Below are positions 12,012-25,024 of a DNA stretch of 64,000 nt, one piece after another. The translations under genes were made by a program, and so were the position numbers. Below the pieces are notes generated by a model that was not told where the DNA came from, made no database searches, and worked only from the letters and a program-made list of their open reading frames with translations. This DNA is from Phyllosticta citribraziliensis (lineage: Eukaryota), in the NCBI RefSeq assembly GCF_038025025.1, contig NW_027117346.1:1550001-1614000 (forward strand). The letters run 5' to 3'. Every line of letters begins with the position of its first letter. The stretch's first letter is position 1.

Positions 12012-13402
12012 GGTACTGTGTATTTATTCGGTTGTCAGCTCAAACCCCAGGCTCAGGTATCTGGGGGAAAGGTAATGGTGTTGGCGGTGTGGGGTTTCAA
12101 ACTTGTTTGGCCTGGACAGGCCCTGGGTTGCGAAGCGGAGAAGGCGTTTGTGGAAGGCACATGGATTGAATGGCAAGAATTTCTGCTTGAAGCAGCGATA
12201 TCGAGACTGGGAAGAAAGTCCCTGGCGTTGTCAAGACGTAGACTTTGCGCTGCTGATTGGAAATGTAGAAGTGGTGGGCAAAGTGGGCTTTGCGAGCCGA
12301 CACTTCGCTGCTCTTGAATTCTCCTTCCCTCTGCAAACAGTGACTGTCTTCCTGACTCACCAGTGGGCCATACCCTTTTTCAAATTCCCTGGCACAGTGA
12401 GTGTCGAAAGAAATGAGGGAACCCCGGCAGTGCGAGTGCATCTAGGGAGCATCCATTTACCGCTACAGCTGCGGTTAGGGAGCAGTGATCCATTGCTGCA
12501 GCTAGATCCAGGAGGTTAGTCTCATCAAATATGTTCCCTTGCTGAAATCTCTGCCGCCCTGTCATTTCGACATTTTGTCGCCATGTGCTGAGGTTAGTCC
12601 AAAGAAGGCGGTTGCTGCCGTTGGCGTCCGTCACGTCCAGCGCCAAGAAACTACAAACCTATTCTTTTCAACTCCAAATCTTTCCACTTCCACACCATGA
12701 CACAGCCCAACATGTATCTGCTACTGACCAATTGTGGCTGTGGATCTAGAGGCCTTTTGCTCCAGAGCATATGGAGAATTCGTTTCCTCTCACTCGCCGC
12801 GATGTTGCGAAAGGCTAACGCAATCTCAGTGACCGCGAATGAGGCCTGTCGCCTGCGTACCTCAAATTCGCCCCGAAGTCCCAGCTCCTTCTCGCATCCC
12901 ATCTGACCCTGGGTTCCGCTCACGACGAATGCTCCTCGTCACCCCGCACGACCGTCGGTGTTACTCGCAATAATACCAAGATCCAAGCACTGGGCTCCAC
13001 AACATTCAAGAAACTTGCTCGGTACCTTTTGGCCACTTGCTTGGCACCGCATGATGAAGCCCTTGTCTCGTTCGTTTGAATCAATTAGCCCCTTGGTGGT
13101 TGTTGAAACAAAACCCAATGTCGCAACTCGTCTCTGATCCCTTGGTATTCAGAGCAGGAGATATTGTTCTTTTGTGACCTGTCGCTGACTCTCAAAGAAG
13201 TGCAGGTCCTAGCGGGCGGACGAGCATTGAGCAACGAACAAACCTTTCTGAAACGAGTGTGCCCCGAACTCCTCCATGCAACGCTTTGAAGCTGTCTCGT
13301 TTTGTTGCAAGTCAAAATTTCAGCACCGGTTTAAAGCTGCGCGAAACGAAAGGGGCTTAGCCCTTGTCAAGGTGGCCGACGAGGTGGCCTAGTGCTTCAA
13401 GC

Positions 13403-13423
13403 GCGGCGGCGGCGGCGGCGGCG
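13403..13423. repeat. (CGG)n microsatellite
   Basis: About 6-7 tandem CGG/GCG units. Confidence 0.8.
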
Positions 13424-15122
13424 ACGGAGGGAGGTGGCAACTGTGGGTTGCTGGAGTCTGGCCCTAGAGCCTCATCGAGATTCTAGACAAATTTGGAGTG
13501 GAAGCGTGAAAAGATCAAATTTCACGGTCTGGAGTTGGAAACGAAGGTTGGGCGTTTGGAAGACGCCCCCACTTCGGCAACCCGCTTTTTCCTTCCCGCA
13601 AGCTGCTAACCGGAACCTAACCACCAACGACATGCTTCGACCACACACAACGTCTCGACCTACAGCTCTTCCATCCGGCAAAGCGTCTGCGTTCAATACC
13701 GGCTCTTCAAGACAACCTTTCCGTCATTGACAGTTGATGTTGTTGAAGATGACACTTCCGAAGCAAAATCCTAGGAGCTGTTGGCACAGAGACCGACGCT
13801 CCAGCGAGCCCCCCTTCCCACGGCATCTTCTTTCCTGTTGTCAAATTCTTTCAACTTTTATCAAGTCCACCTCCCTTGTTTTCATCTCTCGCTTTCTTAT
13901 TTAACACTATGAGCACGTTTGTCACTTTGAACTCGAGCCATCTATTGGGGATTCGTCCAGAGCGCCAAGGAACCTGCTCGAATCCGCCAGCCATATGATC
14001 TTTCTCTCTTCCGCCCCAAATTCTGAAACTTATTTTGCAGAAAAACGCTGACCGGGGGCGTGAGATGTTCTTTCCTTGCTCTCATCACTCTGCCCCGCAT
14101 GAGAAGCAGCGCTTCGCAAAGGATCTGGATGTCATGATGTCTTGGAAAACGCGCGCGCTGCTTTGCGGTAGTAAAAGACAGTATTGCTAAACCAACGTCA
14201 AAGTTCCGAAAGAGTTATTTCCTGAAATGATTCTGGCCGTTATTCTTTCATCAAAGGGCTGTTTCCCAGACATTGTGGAAAGATTGTTTGTCCAAGAAGC
14301 GCCGGTGACACTTACCACTGACGGCCGCAAAGAACTCATTGCAGCTCGACAATCGGAAGTACCTATTGCTTAACGCCATACCGGTAGGTAGGCAGCCTTT
14401 ATGGTGTTGATACAGGCGCCGAAGTGCTGCCGCACCGGAGGTTAGACGGCGGTGTTCAAATGGGTTCACTGCCTCTTGCTGGACGCTCTGCTGAATGCTC
14501 CCGAATCACATTCACGCAGCCTCTCCGTTCAGGCTTCGGCATCGGATTATCAACAAGCCGTCATCGCTCCCGGTGATTGAAGGTGGTGTTCTATCGCGTT
14601 TGTTGTCAATCTCTCACCACCACACTTCTCACCTTACCCGCCTCGTGTCTTCTCAAACTGCCTTTCACTCGCATTGCATCACGCTCTTGTGTGGCTCTGA
14701 GACATTACTCTTCGCAATTCCTAGCAGTAAGTGCCTTTGCAAGAAACTGGCTCTCATCACAATCCTCTCACCCGCCTTGCGGCTCCCGCGGGAGACTCAC
14801 CATGAGACCAAGAAGCGCTGACTTCCGCAATCTCTCCCTGCTGCACTCCCTCTCAACCTCTTCTTGGCAGTGCGTTGCGGCCCATTATTGACTCAGCTAA
14901 CAACAACATTTGCGCCTCTTCAGCCGATAGCCTGCAGGAGTGTCGCATAGCTACGCCTGGTCGTACCGCTTTGGGAAAACTTGGAGAGACCACCCAAGCT
15001 CAAAAAGAATACTGGTCACCTCATTTCTCAAACTCCACAACTCTTGGAGCCTCACGGTGGTTGTCGCGACGACACAGCTCTGTTGTGCGCCAAAAGTCCA
15101 AGGGCCAAAACGGATCTGCGCA

Positions 15123-17724
15123 ATGTCTGGGGGACAACGTGCCCCCCGCATGCGGGCAATGGCCAACCTGGAGCCCGGTAAGCCTTCTTGATTGTCGCAA
15201 CGCCGAGCCCTTTTTCCATTGGGAGACTTGAACGACTATGGCCAGGTCTTCTCATGATCTGTCGTTGAACGTGGCTGCTTCTCAATCGAGTACGTCGTTA
15301 GACTGATATCATTGTTCTGCAGTGCCCTCTACGTCGTCGCGCGGTAGGACGATGACTCCAAGGAGAAACGCTACGCCCAATACCTTGATGTCGAACAAGA
15401 AAAGTCCTGCCCCTTCTTCTGTGCCGAGCAACATGTCCGCTACGGCGCCTACACCTTTCCAGGACAAAGATGATCGAGGTTCCCCAAAGGAGCGTTTGAG
15501 CTCTACCAACGAGACGGCTGAAGATGCCGAAGGAAGTGTATATGGGGAGACTGCCGATGGACATCCTGAGCATAGCGATTCAGAAGCACAATCCGACGTG
15601 GAATCCGAGCCGGGACGCGTCGTCTCGGTCAGCCGCTCCCAGATCAAGTATGGCCCAAACCACAACGGTGGTCTGCCCGTGGCGGGAGCGAGCAGCCAGA
15701 ACACCGCCGATCAATCTGATGGACATGATGTTGGCCAGCCCGTGGCGGAATCCAGCAGCCAGGACGTCGCTGGTCTCAATGATGGCCAGAATGACGAGGA
15801 GGAAATCCTTCTTGGGCGCGATGCTCCTCAGAATGTCAGATGCCTGCCCTGGCGCACCAAATTTCGGATCGCCAAGCGGACACTCATCAGCTGGGACGGT
15901 AGGTTTCTTCGGTGCGGACCTCGTGGATGAGTTTACTGACAAAAGTCAGCGGAAATGTACACCCATTCGTTGCTGTCGTTGCTCTGGATCATGGAGACAT
16001 ATGATTACCCAATACCATGGCAGGAGATGGCGGCTTTGGTAAACCCCGGGGCCACTGGCGAGGCCTTCAAGCAAGCCATGGTCAAGTTGAGGAATCGCAG
16101 AGTTGCGGAGGGACTGAGAGTGCCGCCGCCGAGGCCCAGCAAAGATCATCCGCGCTCTTCGTGCAAGTTGGAGTTGGCGGAGATGATGCGCACCGCTGGA
16201 ATGAGCTCTGAACCTTCAGTCCCGGAGTATGGAAGTGGTGCGTTGACGACGAAGGAAAATCCTTATGTTGCCGAGCTTCGTGCATCCACCCAGCCAGGCG
16301 CGCAACACTCAACCCGGAATAAGCCTCGAGCTACCCACCAGGTGTCCCAAGTGAGAGAAGAGCTCAACTCTCGTCGCCCAAGCTACTTGCCAACAAATTT
16401 TCACCCTGACAGCCAAGTTGAATTTGAGGATCTCTCGGTGGTCCACTCACGCCCCTTCACCACTGCTCTTGAGCCATACCAGCCTGCGATCACCAAGAAC
16501 CCCAAACCAAAGCTGATCTTCGTGGCCCACATTGGATCAAAAAACTCCCGTCTCCACTCCACTCGCCTAGACCAGAAGCTCATCTCTGAAGTCGCCAACA
16601 ACGTGGTCAACGGACGCTTCGCCAAGCCAACGGTCCCCAACCTTGTCCTTCTCCTCGATACGGTCCCTGCCGAATTCAACACCGAGGGCTTGGAATCCTG
16701 CCTTGAAGAACTTGGCCCCGAATTCACGATGGTTAAAAACTCTCAGCAAAAACGCAAGCGCAGCATTGCGAGCTCGGGCAGTCCACTCATGTCACCAATG
16801 TCGCCTTCAGACAACGTAGGACTTCTCACAGCTTTCAACCTCGAGCACCCGGAGCGTTCAAACGCAGAGGACCTCGATCACACAAACCATTCAAGTGGAG
16901 ACGCGGCCCCAAGCTGTCTGTTCCCAGAACCACGTGAGCCCGCCTCTGCGACGCAATGCTCCAAGAAGCGCAAGATCGACGACACGGATTTTGGAGATGG
17001 CATAGATGCTGCGGCCGATGCCGAGATGATGCTCAACCCGGCTTACGCGGTTTCTCCGGGCACGTATTTTCGCCCCCCTCCTTTCGTCCAGATGTTGGAC
17101 ATCAACATGTCCTCACGCAAGAATTTGAACGTGGGGCTTTCGTACTCGCCGACCCGCCAGCCCCATGGCCATGCGGAAGATTCTTTTGGCGATAGCATGA
17201 TGCAGGCGGACACCGACCAAGCGATGGCTTCTGTACCGGACATGGACATCAACGCAAGCAGTGGTACAGAAATGGACATGGACATGGGAATGGGAATGGG
17301 AATGGCGTCTGTCGGCTTCAACTACGCAGAGCAGCTGGGTTACAGTCAGGACACAGGTGACCGTTTCAGCTACGAAGGTCCATTCATGGGTGCCTGCTCC
17401 GATTTGGACTTGACCCTCGACAGCGCCACGTCTGAACAGGAGAGGGCTCTGTTGTCTAGCACTTCTGAATGGCGCTCCAACACCAGCCTCTTCGAAGTCA
17501 GCTCCAGCAAACGCCGTCTGGCCAGCCTCCAGCCTGTTCCGGGCGACAGCGACTACGTCGACTTTGAACAGCTCAGTGAGAAGTTCCTGGCCGAGAATCC
17601 GCACCACAAGGATCGGGGCATGCTCAACAAAAGGACTGCCGACGAGCCTGTCTTCGTACCACCTTCACTCGCCGACGAGGAGCTGTCTCGCGTGAGTTCG
17701 CAGGACGACAACGAAGATTTGTAA
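15123..17724 (+). CDS. Large, mostly disordered protein with an internal Myb/SANT-like domain (cluster gene 4), about 790-800 aa; start uncertain (15123 or 15352)
   Basis: ORF 15322-15930 joins ORF 15955-17724 through intron 15899-15949 (GTAGGT...CTGAC...CAG), giving ISWDAEMYTHSLLSLLWIMETYDYPIPWQEMAALVNPGATGEAFKQAMVKLRNRRVAEGLRVPP. NLS-like KRKR and KKRK are present. A possible first exon 15123-15177 is in phase. Confidence 0.75.
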
Positions 17725-19224
17725 ACGGCATTCTCCCGGCCAGGTCTTCATTGCTCTCTCTCAACAAGTGAGCCCTTTTTGAACCGTAGCACTGCCTCGG
17801 TTCCTTTTCCTTCAACCATTTGCATTTCCTTCAACGTGCTCTTGGCCTACCAAGTGCACCTTTCATTCAATTTCACTTTTCGTTCGACTTTGAGTTTTCA
17901 TTCGGCCTGCACATTCGGCCTTGCTCTGTGGCATTCGGCCCATCGGAATCGCCAGGTCGGGCAGCAGGGGTCTGCATTTTACACTACTCACCAACACAGT
18001 CCTGAAGGACTCTCTGGTAGCGCCATGGAATGTCCCCGTCTCCAATTGCGGACAACGACTACATTCATCACGGCATCATGATGTCGGAAGCCAACAAATC
18101 TGGACACGGAACAATACCAGGCCACTTCCTTTATCACTGGACTCCGAAAGCACGCAACTGCTGGACTTCACCAAACTACTTTTCGATGAAATGCGCTTCA
18201 CGATCCCTCGACCTTTCGTTCTGCACAACAGATTCTCCACTTTGCTTTATACCCCGGATTGACGATCCCATGGCACGACACCTCGACTGTACTGGTTGCG
18301 CTGCTATTCGCTCTCCGCGAGTCGCAGGCTGGCAGGAATACGGAGGCCGGTGCTGACACTTTGCTTACCTTCTGCTTTCTCTTTTTCCACTCAGTCCCTT
18401 TTTTTTCCCTCCTAGGATCAGCGCATCGGTCGGCTGGCCAGTTGATTCAAGTGCTGATCAGCCCTCGGGCTGGCTGGCTAGTCGGCTGATAGGACCCATG
18501 AAGCGGTTACGACACGGAGACACTGCGATGATGCGATTAATGATTGCTGCGTTAGATAGAAAAATTAGAAAAGCCTTTGGCACCAATGTTGGTTCTTATC
18601 AGATTGGTGAAAAGGCGGAACGCTCAAGGAGCCGCAACAATGACTGACCCTGATGCAAAGAAGAGGCGGCGAAGACAAAGCCATTGTTCCTTTTCGAGAG
18701 CACACGGTCGAGTCTGCAGCTGGCCAGCAGCGATTGCTCGGGCAACCTCTCAAACCTACGAGCGCTGATTGGACGGCGGAACTACCCCGAGTCATGTCCT
18801 CGGGCCAGTGGAGGCGGCGGATGGCCATCTCAGGCATTGCCTCGGTCCCCAGCACGAGTAAGGACGGCGAGAGAAGAAGTTTTAAAGTTGTTCAAGTCCA
18901 GATCTGGAGAGGAGCACTGCAGAGAGCCACGGAGAAAATGTTTGGCTGCGTGGCTGCAGGACGGCGGCGCCGGGAGAGCCGCAGGGTTGGCCAAAGCTTG
19001 CTATGCGGTGCTGAAGAACGTAGGTAGGTAGGTGTCAAGTTTGGCCCAGCAGAGAGCACCAGGTAGCAGACTGCAGAAATCCATAGACATTTTCCAATTG
19101 CAACCATCGATCGACACTAGCCATAAACCACCCAGCGTTAGAGTGCCCAGGGGGACCGTATGGCTAGCGCGACCCCGGTGCATCGCATCTTCTTCGCCGT
19201 GACGCACGGACGCAATCGAGCCCT

Positions 19225-19234
19225 AGAACATTCT
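19225..19234 (+). promoter_or_regulatory. Possible partial heat-shock element (nGAAnnTTCn) upstream of hsp60
   Basis: AGAACATTCT lies about 180 bp upstream of the ATG. Only two pentamer units are present. Confidence 0.3.
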
Positions 19235-19410
19235 CCAGCTTGACTTTTTCCTCCAGCTTCATTGACCAACACCATTCACCCTCTTTCTCATCTACACACG
19301 CTCTATCCAAGTCTCCTCAGACTACTTTCACAGGTGCTCAAGACTTAGGTGTCATTGTCGCCTCCTCAATTTCTCCTCCGCAACTCGTACCTTCTTCTCC
19401 ACTTACCACC

Positions 19411-21303
19411 ATGCAGCGCATGCTCACCTCGAGGGCGCGCGCCTCGGCCGCCTCTTCTCTCAGCGCCAGAAGCTTCAACCTGACCCAGCAGAGGTTTGCG
19501 CACAAGGTACGAAACCCCCATTGGCTCATTGGCCGCCGCATGATCGAATCTCGCAAGAACCGTCAGAAGCTGATACAACTACCAACAGGAGCTCAAGTTT
19601 GGCGTCGAGGGCCGCGCTGCTCTGCTGAACGGTGTCGACACCCTGGCCAGGGCCGTTGCCACGACCCTCGGTCCCAAGGGCAGGAACGTCCTCATCGACC
19701 AGAGCTACGGCTCCCCAAAGATCACAAAGGGTACGGAAGCCCGGATATGGATTACAAATGGGCAGATTCTGACGCGTCTACAGACGGTGTGACTGTTGCA
19801 AAGTCCATCTCCCTCAAGGACAAGTTTGAGAACCTGGGCGTCAGGCTCATTCAGGATGTCGCCTCCAAGACGAACGAGGTTGCCGGTGACGGTACTACCA
19901 CCGCCACCGTCCTCGCCCGCGCCATCTTCGCCGAGACGGTGAAGAACGTTGCCGCTGGCTGCAACCCCATGGATCTGAGGAGGGGTATTCAGGCCGCCGT
20001 CGAGGCCGTCGTCGAGTACCTCCGCCAGAACAAGAGGGATATTACCACCAGCGCGGAGATTTCTCAGGTCGCCACCATCTCGGCCAACGGCGACCTCCAC
20101 ATTGGCAAGCTCCTCTCCAACGCCATGGAAAAGGTCGGCAAGGAGGGTGTCATTACCGTCAAGGAGGGCAAGACGATTGATGACGAGCTCGAGATCACCG
20201 AGGGCATGAAGTTTGACCGCGGCTTCATCTCCCCCTACTTCATCACCGACACCAAGTCCCAGAAGATTGAGTTTGAGAAGCCTTTGATCCTCCTCTCTGA
20301 GAAGAAGATCTCTGCCGTCCAGGATATTGTCCCCGCTCTTGAGGCCTCCCAGCAGCTCCGCCGCCCTCTGGTCATCATTGCTGAGGACATTGAGGGCGAG
20401 GCTCTTGCCGTCTGCATTCTGAACAAGCTCCGCGGCCAGCTCCAGGTTGCCGCCGTCAAGGCCCCCGGCTTTGGTGACAACCGCAAGTCCATCCTCGGCG
20501 ACTTGGGCGTTTTGACCAACGGCACCGTCTTTACCGACGAGCTCGAGCTCAAGCTCGAGAAGCTCACTCCCGACCAACTCGGCTCCACCGGCTCCATCAC
20601 CATCACCAAGGAGGACACTGTCGTTCTCAACGGCGAGGGCAGCAAGGACGCCGTTGCCCAGCGCTGCGAGCAGATTCGCGGCGTCATGGCCGACCCCACC
20701 ACCTCTGACTACGAGAAGGAGAAGCTCCAGGAGCGTCTTGCCAAGCTCTCTGGTGGTGTTGCCGTCATCAAGGTCGGTGGCTCCTCCGAGGTCGAGGTCG
20801 GTGAGAAGAAGGACCGCATCGTCGATGCTCTCAACGCCACCCGCGCTGCCGTCGAGGAGGGTATCCTTCCCGGTGGTGGCACTGCCCTGCTCAAGGCTGC
20901 CGCCAATGCGCTCCAGGGCGTCCCCTTCGCCAACTTTGACCAGCAGCTCGGTATCTCGATCATCAAGAACGCCATCACCAAGCCCACTCGCTCCATTGTC
21001 GAGAACGCCGGTGCTGAGGGCAGCGTCGTCGTTGGCAAGCTCATGGACGAGTATGGTGCCGACTTCAACAAGGGCTACGACAGCGCCAAGGGCGAGTACG
21101 TGGACATGATCCAGGCCGGTATTCTCGACCCCTTCAAGGTCACCAGGACGGCGCTGGTCGACGCCTCTGGCGTTGCCTCGCTGCTGGGCACGACCGAGGT
21201 TGCCATTGTCGACGCACCCGAGGACAAGCCCGCTGGCGGCATGCCTGCTGGTGGCATGGGCGGCATGGGCGGTATGGGTGGCATGGGTGGCGGCATGTTC
21301 TAA
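19411..21303 (+). CDS. hsp60: Mitochondrial chaperonin Hsp60 (GroEL family), 3 exons
   Basis: Presequence [10 protein letters not shown]...[37 protein letters not shown] and a C-terminal GGM repeats tail. Two 5' introns. Confidence 0.98.
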   Translation: MQRMLTSRARASAASSLSARSFNLTQQRFAHKVRNPHWLIGRRMIESRKNRQKLIQLPTGAQVWRRGPRCSAERCRHPGQGRCHDPRSQGQERPHRPELRLPKDHKGYGSPDMDYKWADSDASTDGVTVAKSISLKDKFENLGVRLIQDVASKTNEVAGDGTTTATVLARAIFAETVKNVAAGCNPMDLRRGIQAAVEAVVEYLRQNKRDITTSAEISQVATISANGDLHIGKLLSNAMEKVGKEGVITVKEGKTIDDELEITEGMKFDRGFISPYFITDTKSQKIEFEKPLILLSEKKISAVQDIVPALEASQQLRRPLVIIAEDIEGEALAVCILNKLRGQLQVAAVKAPGFGDNRKSILGDLGVLTNGTVFTDELELKLEKLTPDQLGSTGSITITKEDTVVLNGEGSKDAVAQRCEQIRGVMADPTTSDYEKEKLQERLAKLSGGVAVIKVGGSSEVEVGEKKDRIVDALNATRAAVEEGILPGGGTALLKAAANALQGVPFANFDQQLGISIIKNAITKPTRSIVENAGAEGSVVVGKLMDEYGADFNKGYDSAKGEYVDMIQAGILDPFKVTRTALVDASGVASLLGTTEVAIVDAPEDKPAGGMPAGGMGGMGGMGGMGGGMF

Positions 21304-22139
21304 GCTGCGTCGCCCGGCCGAGTGAATGAAGAACAAAAAAGCGTGTTTCCTCCATATACCCCCCGCCGGCTCCTTCTACCCACTACCTACATGTAGTCTC
21401 GTCATGTTTTCGAGATTGTCTATATACACATGCACGCACCCTCTACCCTCTCCTCTCCCCACTCTGGATGGATTTTTCGTTGTACTTGGGCATTGCGGAG
21501 GGGGAGTTTGGCTGTACGATAAATAAGTAGCAAAAAAAAAAGGGAATTATTGAAATGTAAACTGGTCATGCCACGTGTGATGTCATTGGGTTTGGGGCGA
21601 GACGTCCAGGTATCTACTCTGCTGCCTGCCAAAAGGTGCCGCGTGGCGGATGTTCAACATGAGGGAGACATGTATCGCAGCCAAGCGTGACGGCTGGACG
21701 GGCGCATTGACGGGCTCTGGCGGTGGGTGGCAGTGGGTGGCAGCGCAGGTAAGCGCCCGGAAATGATGGTGGAGCGTAAAGGTGGTCAAATCATGTTGGA
21801 TTTGCACCGGGGCCAGCGGCCTTGTTTACCGTGCTGCCAAGATGGGCCGAAGTGGTGGGCTGCCCTCCGCTGCAGTGCCCCTCTGCCCTACTCCCCAAAC
21901 CTCACCACCACCGCCATCATCATCTCTCTCTTCCCCCTCTCCAACGCACACCTGCGCCTGCCCTCATGTGAGTTGATTTCGACGCCGCATTGCTCATGTC
22001 TCGATGCAGCTTGCTCCGCACCTAGACCAGCGCATCCTTACTACCTGCTGCTGTTGCTGACGCTGACGGTTCCGCCTGATAGCACGCTACAAATTGACAA
22101 CTCCCCACAACACATCCTTTTCCCCATCCAACCCTCGCA

Positions 22140-23074
22140 ATGGTAAGCCTCAATGCTGCGACCTCCTCGTGCTTCATCTGCTAACGTCGCTGCGTCGTTG
22201 CGTCCAGGCCTCCTCCGGGTTCGTCTTCTTGTCCCCTACCTTGCCCCTCCACCCCTCAGAGCTGCGCTCGCAAACTTCGGCAGTCGCCATCGCAGCCATC
22301 CGCGAGGCGCCACCGACTGGCGCAACCAACATCAGCTGTGCGCGCCGGAAAATGAATGCTAACCGCGGTTCCTCACAGTGTCTCTGTCGCTCCTGACTGC
22401 GTTCAGGTCTTCAACGACCTCAAGCTCGGCAAGGACCTCAAGTGGATCGTGTACCAGATTGCAGACAATGGCAAGGAGATAGTGGTTGAGAAGACGGAGA
22501 AGAAGTCCAGCGAGACGGAAGAGGAGCAGTGGAACAAGTTCCGCGAGTTCCTGCTCAACTCCAAGACCAAAAACAAGGCCGGCGTCGAGGGTGCTGGTGC
22601 GCGGTACGCCGTCTACGACGTCGAGTACGAGGCGCCCGGCGGCAGCTACGGCGAGGGCACGAGGTACGTTTCGAGCTTTTCCCAAATTTTCCCCAAATTT
22701 TTTTCTTCCGTTGGTGTCTCTGTTTACACCTTTGCCTTGGCCAACGGCCGGAGCCTCTCCTTGACTCAGGGCCGCCGCCCGGACGACGCCAAATTGATTG
22801 ATGCTGATGATGCCTCAGGAACAAGATTACCTTCCTCTCCTGGATCCCCGACACCCTTGCTCCCTGGGTAAGCCGACACCACCTAGCCCCGCATTCCTCA
22901 CTGTTCACCATGTGCTAACGATAATTGCTGCTGTAGCCCAAGATGGTCTACTCGTCGTCGAAGGATGCCCTGAAGCGCGCGCTCAATGGCATCGCCGTCG
23001 ACATTCAGGCCAACGACGAAGCCGACATTGAGTTCGACGCCATCCTGTCCCACGTCTCCAAGGGTCGCTTCTAA
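22140..23074 (+). CDS. cof1: Cofilin (ADF-H domain), 5 exons including an ATG-only first exon and an 11-nt second exon
   Basis: ATG|GTAAGC. Spliced translation [21 protein letters not shown]...[10 protein letters not shown]...[12 protein letters not shown]...[18 protein letters not shown]...KGRF*. Confidence 0.95.
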
Positions 23075-23991
23075 GCGGCGCGGTGGTGACATTTTTGCCG
23101 TTGCGGTCCCTCCAGTCCCTTTTGACACCCTAATCCCCCTCGCGCCTCTCCCTGACCTTTCTCGCGGATGATGAACTGGCCTCTTTTTGGTGTTCGTTTT
23201 GAACAGCGGCGGCGGCGGCAGCGGCGGCGGTAGTGACGGTGGCGGGGCAGGGCATCCAAAGAAAGTGATTTATAGCGAATCGGAATTGTTCTTTCTTCTT
23301 TCTGCACTACTTGTTCTCTGTCTCTTGCGCAGGGCATGGGGCTGGCTGAATCGAGATGGGGGTTGAGGATCGAGGGGGCATTTCAGTGAGGGATGGTGTA
23401 CCTAGAAGGAGTCGAAAGGGGGAAATACCTATCAGGCTGGGAGGGGTGGAGGGCATCTTAGACCGCCTCGTCGACGTGGCGAAGGAAATTTTGGTGGTAT
23501 TGAAGTCTTACATACCTTTTGCAAGGCTTCTCGCTCTCCTTTGCCCCGAATCGTGAGCAGAGAGCACGCCAATCGACGGACAGACCTGGATCTCACGCTT
23601 CCTTCTGCCTGCTCGGTACCGAATTGGTCCTTTGAGCATGATTAACCACCTCCCTATCGACAACCGGGAGACGAGTGTCCGGATGACTCGTGATGTGATA
23701 CCCAGCTGGTTTTCTCCATGTTCTGGTCCTTCGGCTTCGCTGCTGCCCGAAAGTCGATTGCATGCATGTGGTATGTGTAGCTACACGCGATCGAAACGGA
23801 GGCAAGGCAAGGGTGACGAGTTGTAGCTCATGTTAGTATGTTGATTTTGGATTGAATATTGACATGCTCGACTCCTCCTGGCTCGGTTTTTCTCCTCTCA
23901 TGTCTTCAGCGGCATTTACCTTTGGCCATCAGATCCGCTCGCCGCCCCATTCCCCGTCCTTCCCTTGATGAATTTCACCCAACCCGCTCGA

Positions 23992-24763
23992 CTACCTTGA
24001 CTCCCTGTCCCATGCCCCCTTGAACACTCCCGCCATGCGCCGCGCCACAGCCTCGTCCTTGAGCCTCTGCCCCAGGAAGCCCTCCAGATCGCTCCAGAAA
24101 GCCTCGCTCTTCGCAACATCCTCCCCAGTGACGACCGGTTCCGCCAACGGCACCCCCGCCGCCGCACCCACTGCCGGCGCCTCCACGCCAGGCGACGCAA
24201 CGCGCTCAGGCGTTGCCGCCGGAGACGCCGCCGCGGCCGCAGCAGCCGCTCCCCCCAGGACAATGACGCCAAACTCGGCGTCGGCAGAGACGTCGTCGCC
24301 CAGCACGTCCTTGAGCGTCTTGGTGTCGCCGACGGGCTTCTTCTTGTGCAGCAGCTTGATCTTGTCGACGGGCAGGCCCGACGCCGCCGCGTATGCCGTC
24401 TTGAGCGCGTGCATGGACGTGTGCGGCGGCTGCGGCGAGGGCAGCGTGAGCGACGGCGTCGAAGGCGAGGGCCGTGTCGGCTTGAGCGTTACCGTCGTGC
24501 CGGGTGCGCTGCCGGCGGCGTTGGGCGAGGACGAGGGAGATTCGGCGCTGGGTTGCGCGCGGCGTAGCCGTGTTCCGGAGGCGGGCTTGGGGAGGATGAA
24601 CTAGGTGGGTTGGTTAGCTTTTGCGTGGAGTGTTCGCAGAGGTGGCTCGCACGGCTGGCTGTGCTGGGTACTCGCGCGCATCGGCGACGTGGTCGGGCGA
24701 GATGCGCATGGGGCGCGCGTCCAGCGCGGACAGGAATTGTTTTGCAAAGGCGAGCTCAGTCAT
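23992..24763 (-). CDS. get5: Get5/Mdy2-like ubiquitin-like protein of the GET pathway, 2 exons
   Basis: N-terminal MTELAFAKQFLSALDARPMRISPDHV, a UBL domain (KIKLLHKKKPVGDTKTL) and a C-terminal FWSDLEGFLGQRLKD...FKGAW segment. Confidence 0.85.
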
Positions 24764-25024
24764 GTTTGCGTGAAGCTCTCAGGATTCGGAGAGGACTGGA
24801 CCGGGCAGGAGAAGGCACAAGAGTGATGTCGCAGCAGACCAAGCTATCATGAGCTTGGTTCCTAGCGTGGTGTTGAGGGGCTCACCGCCCAGACTTACGA
24901 AAGGTTTCTGCCGGGCTAAAAAACGCACTGACCCGAAATTATTTCCTGCGCAAAACCAAGTGCTTCCTTCTAGCGCGCCCGCTGCCGTTTTCTCCCTCAC
25001 ACAGCTTGATATTTTCGCGCCACC

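Noticed and set aside
19240..19410. N-terminal extension of the 687-aa hsp60 ORF
   Set aside because: The ORF reads through the 5' UTR and introns. The true start is the ATG at 19411, which opens a mitochondrial presequence.
19705..21336. 543-aa ORF antisense to hsp60, and similar antisense ORFs over nop2 (25835-27013), MINDY (46993-48111) and 57127-58086
   Set aside because: These are shadow ORFs expected from strong GC3 codon bias in the real gene. They show no independent protein features.
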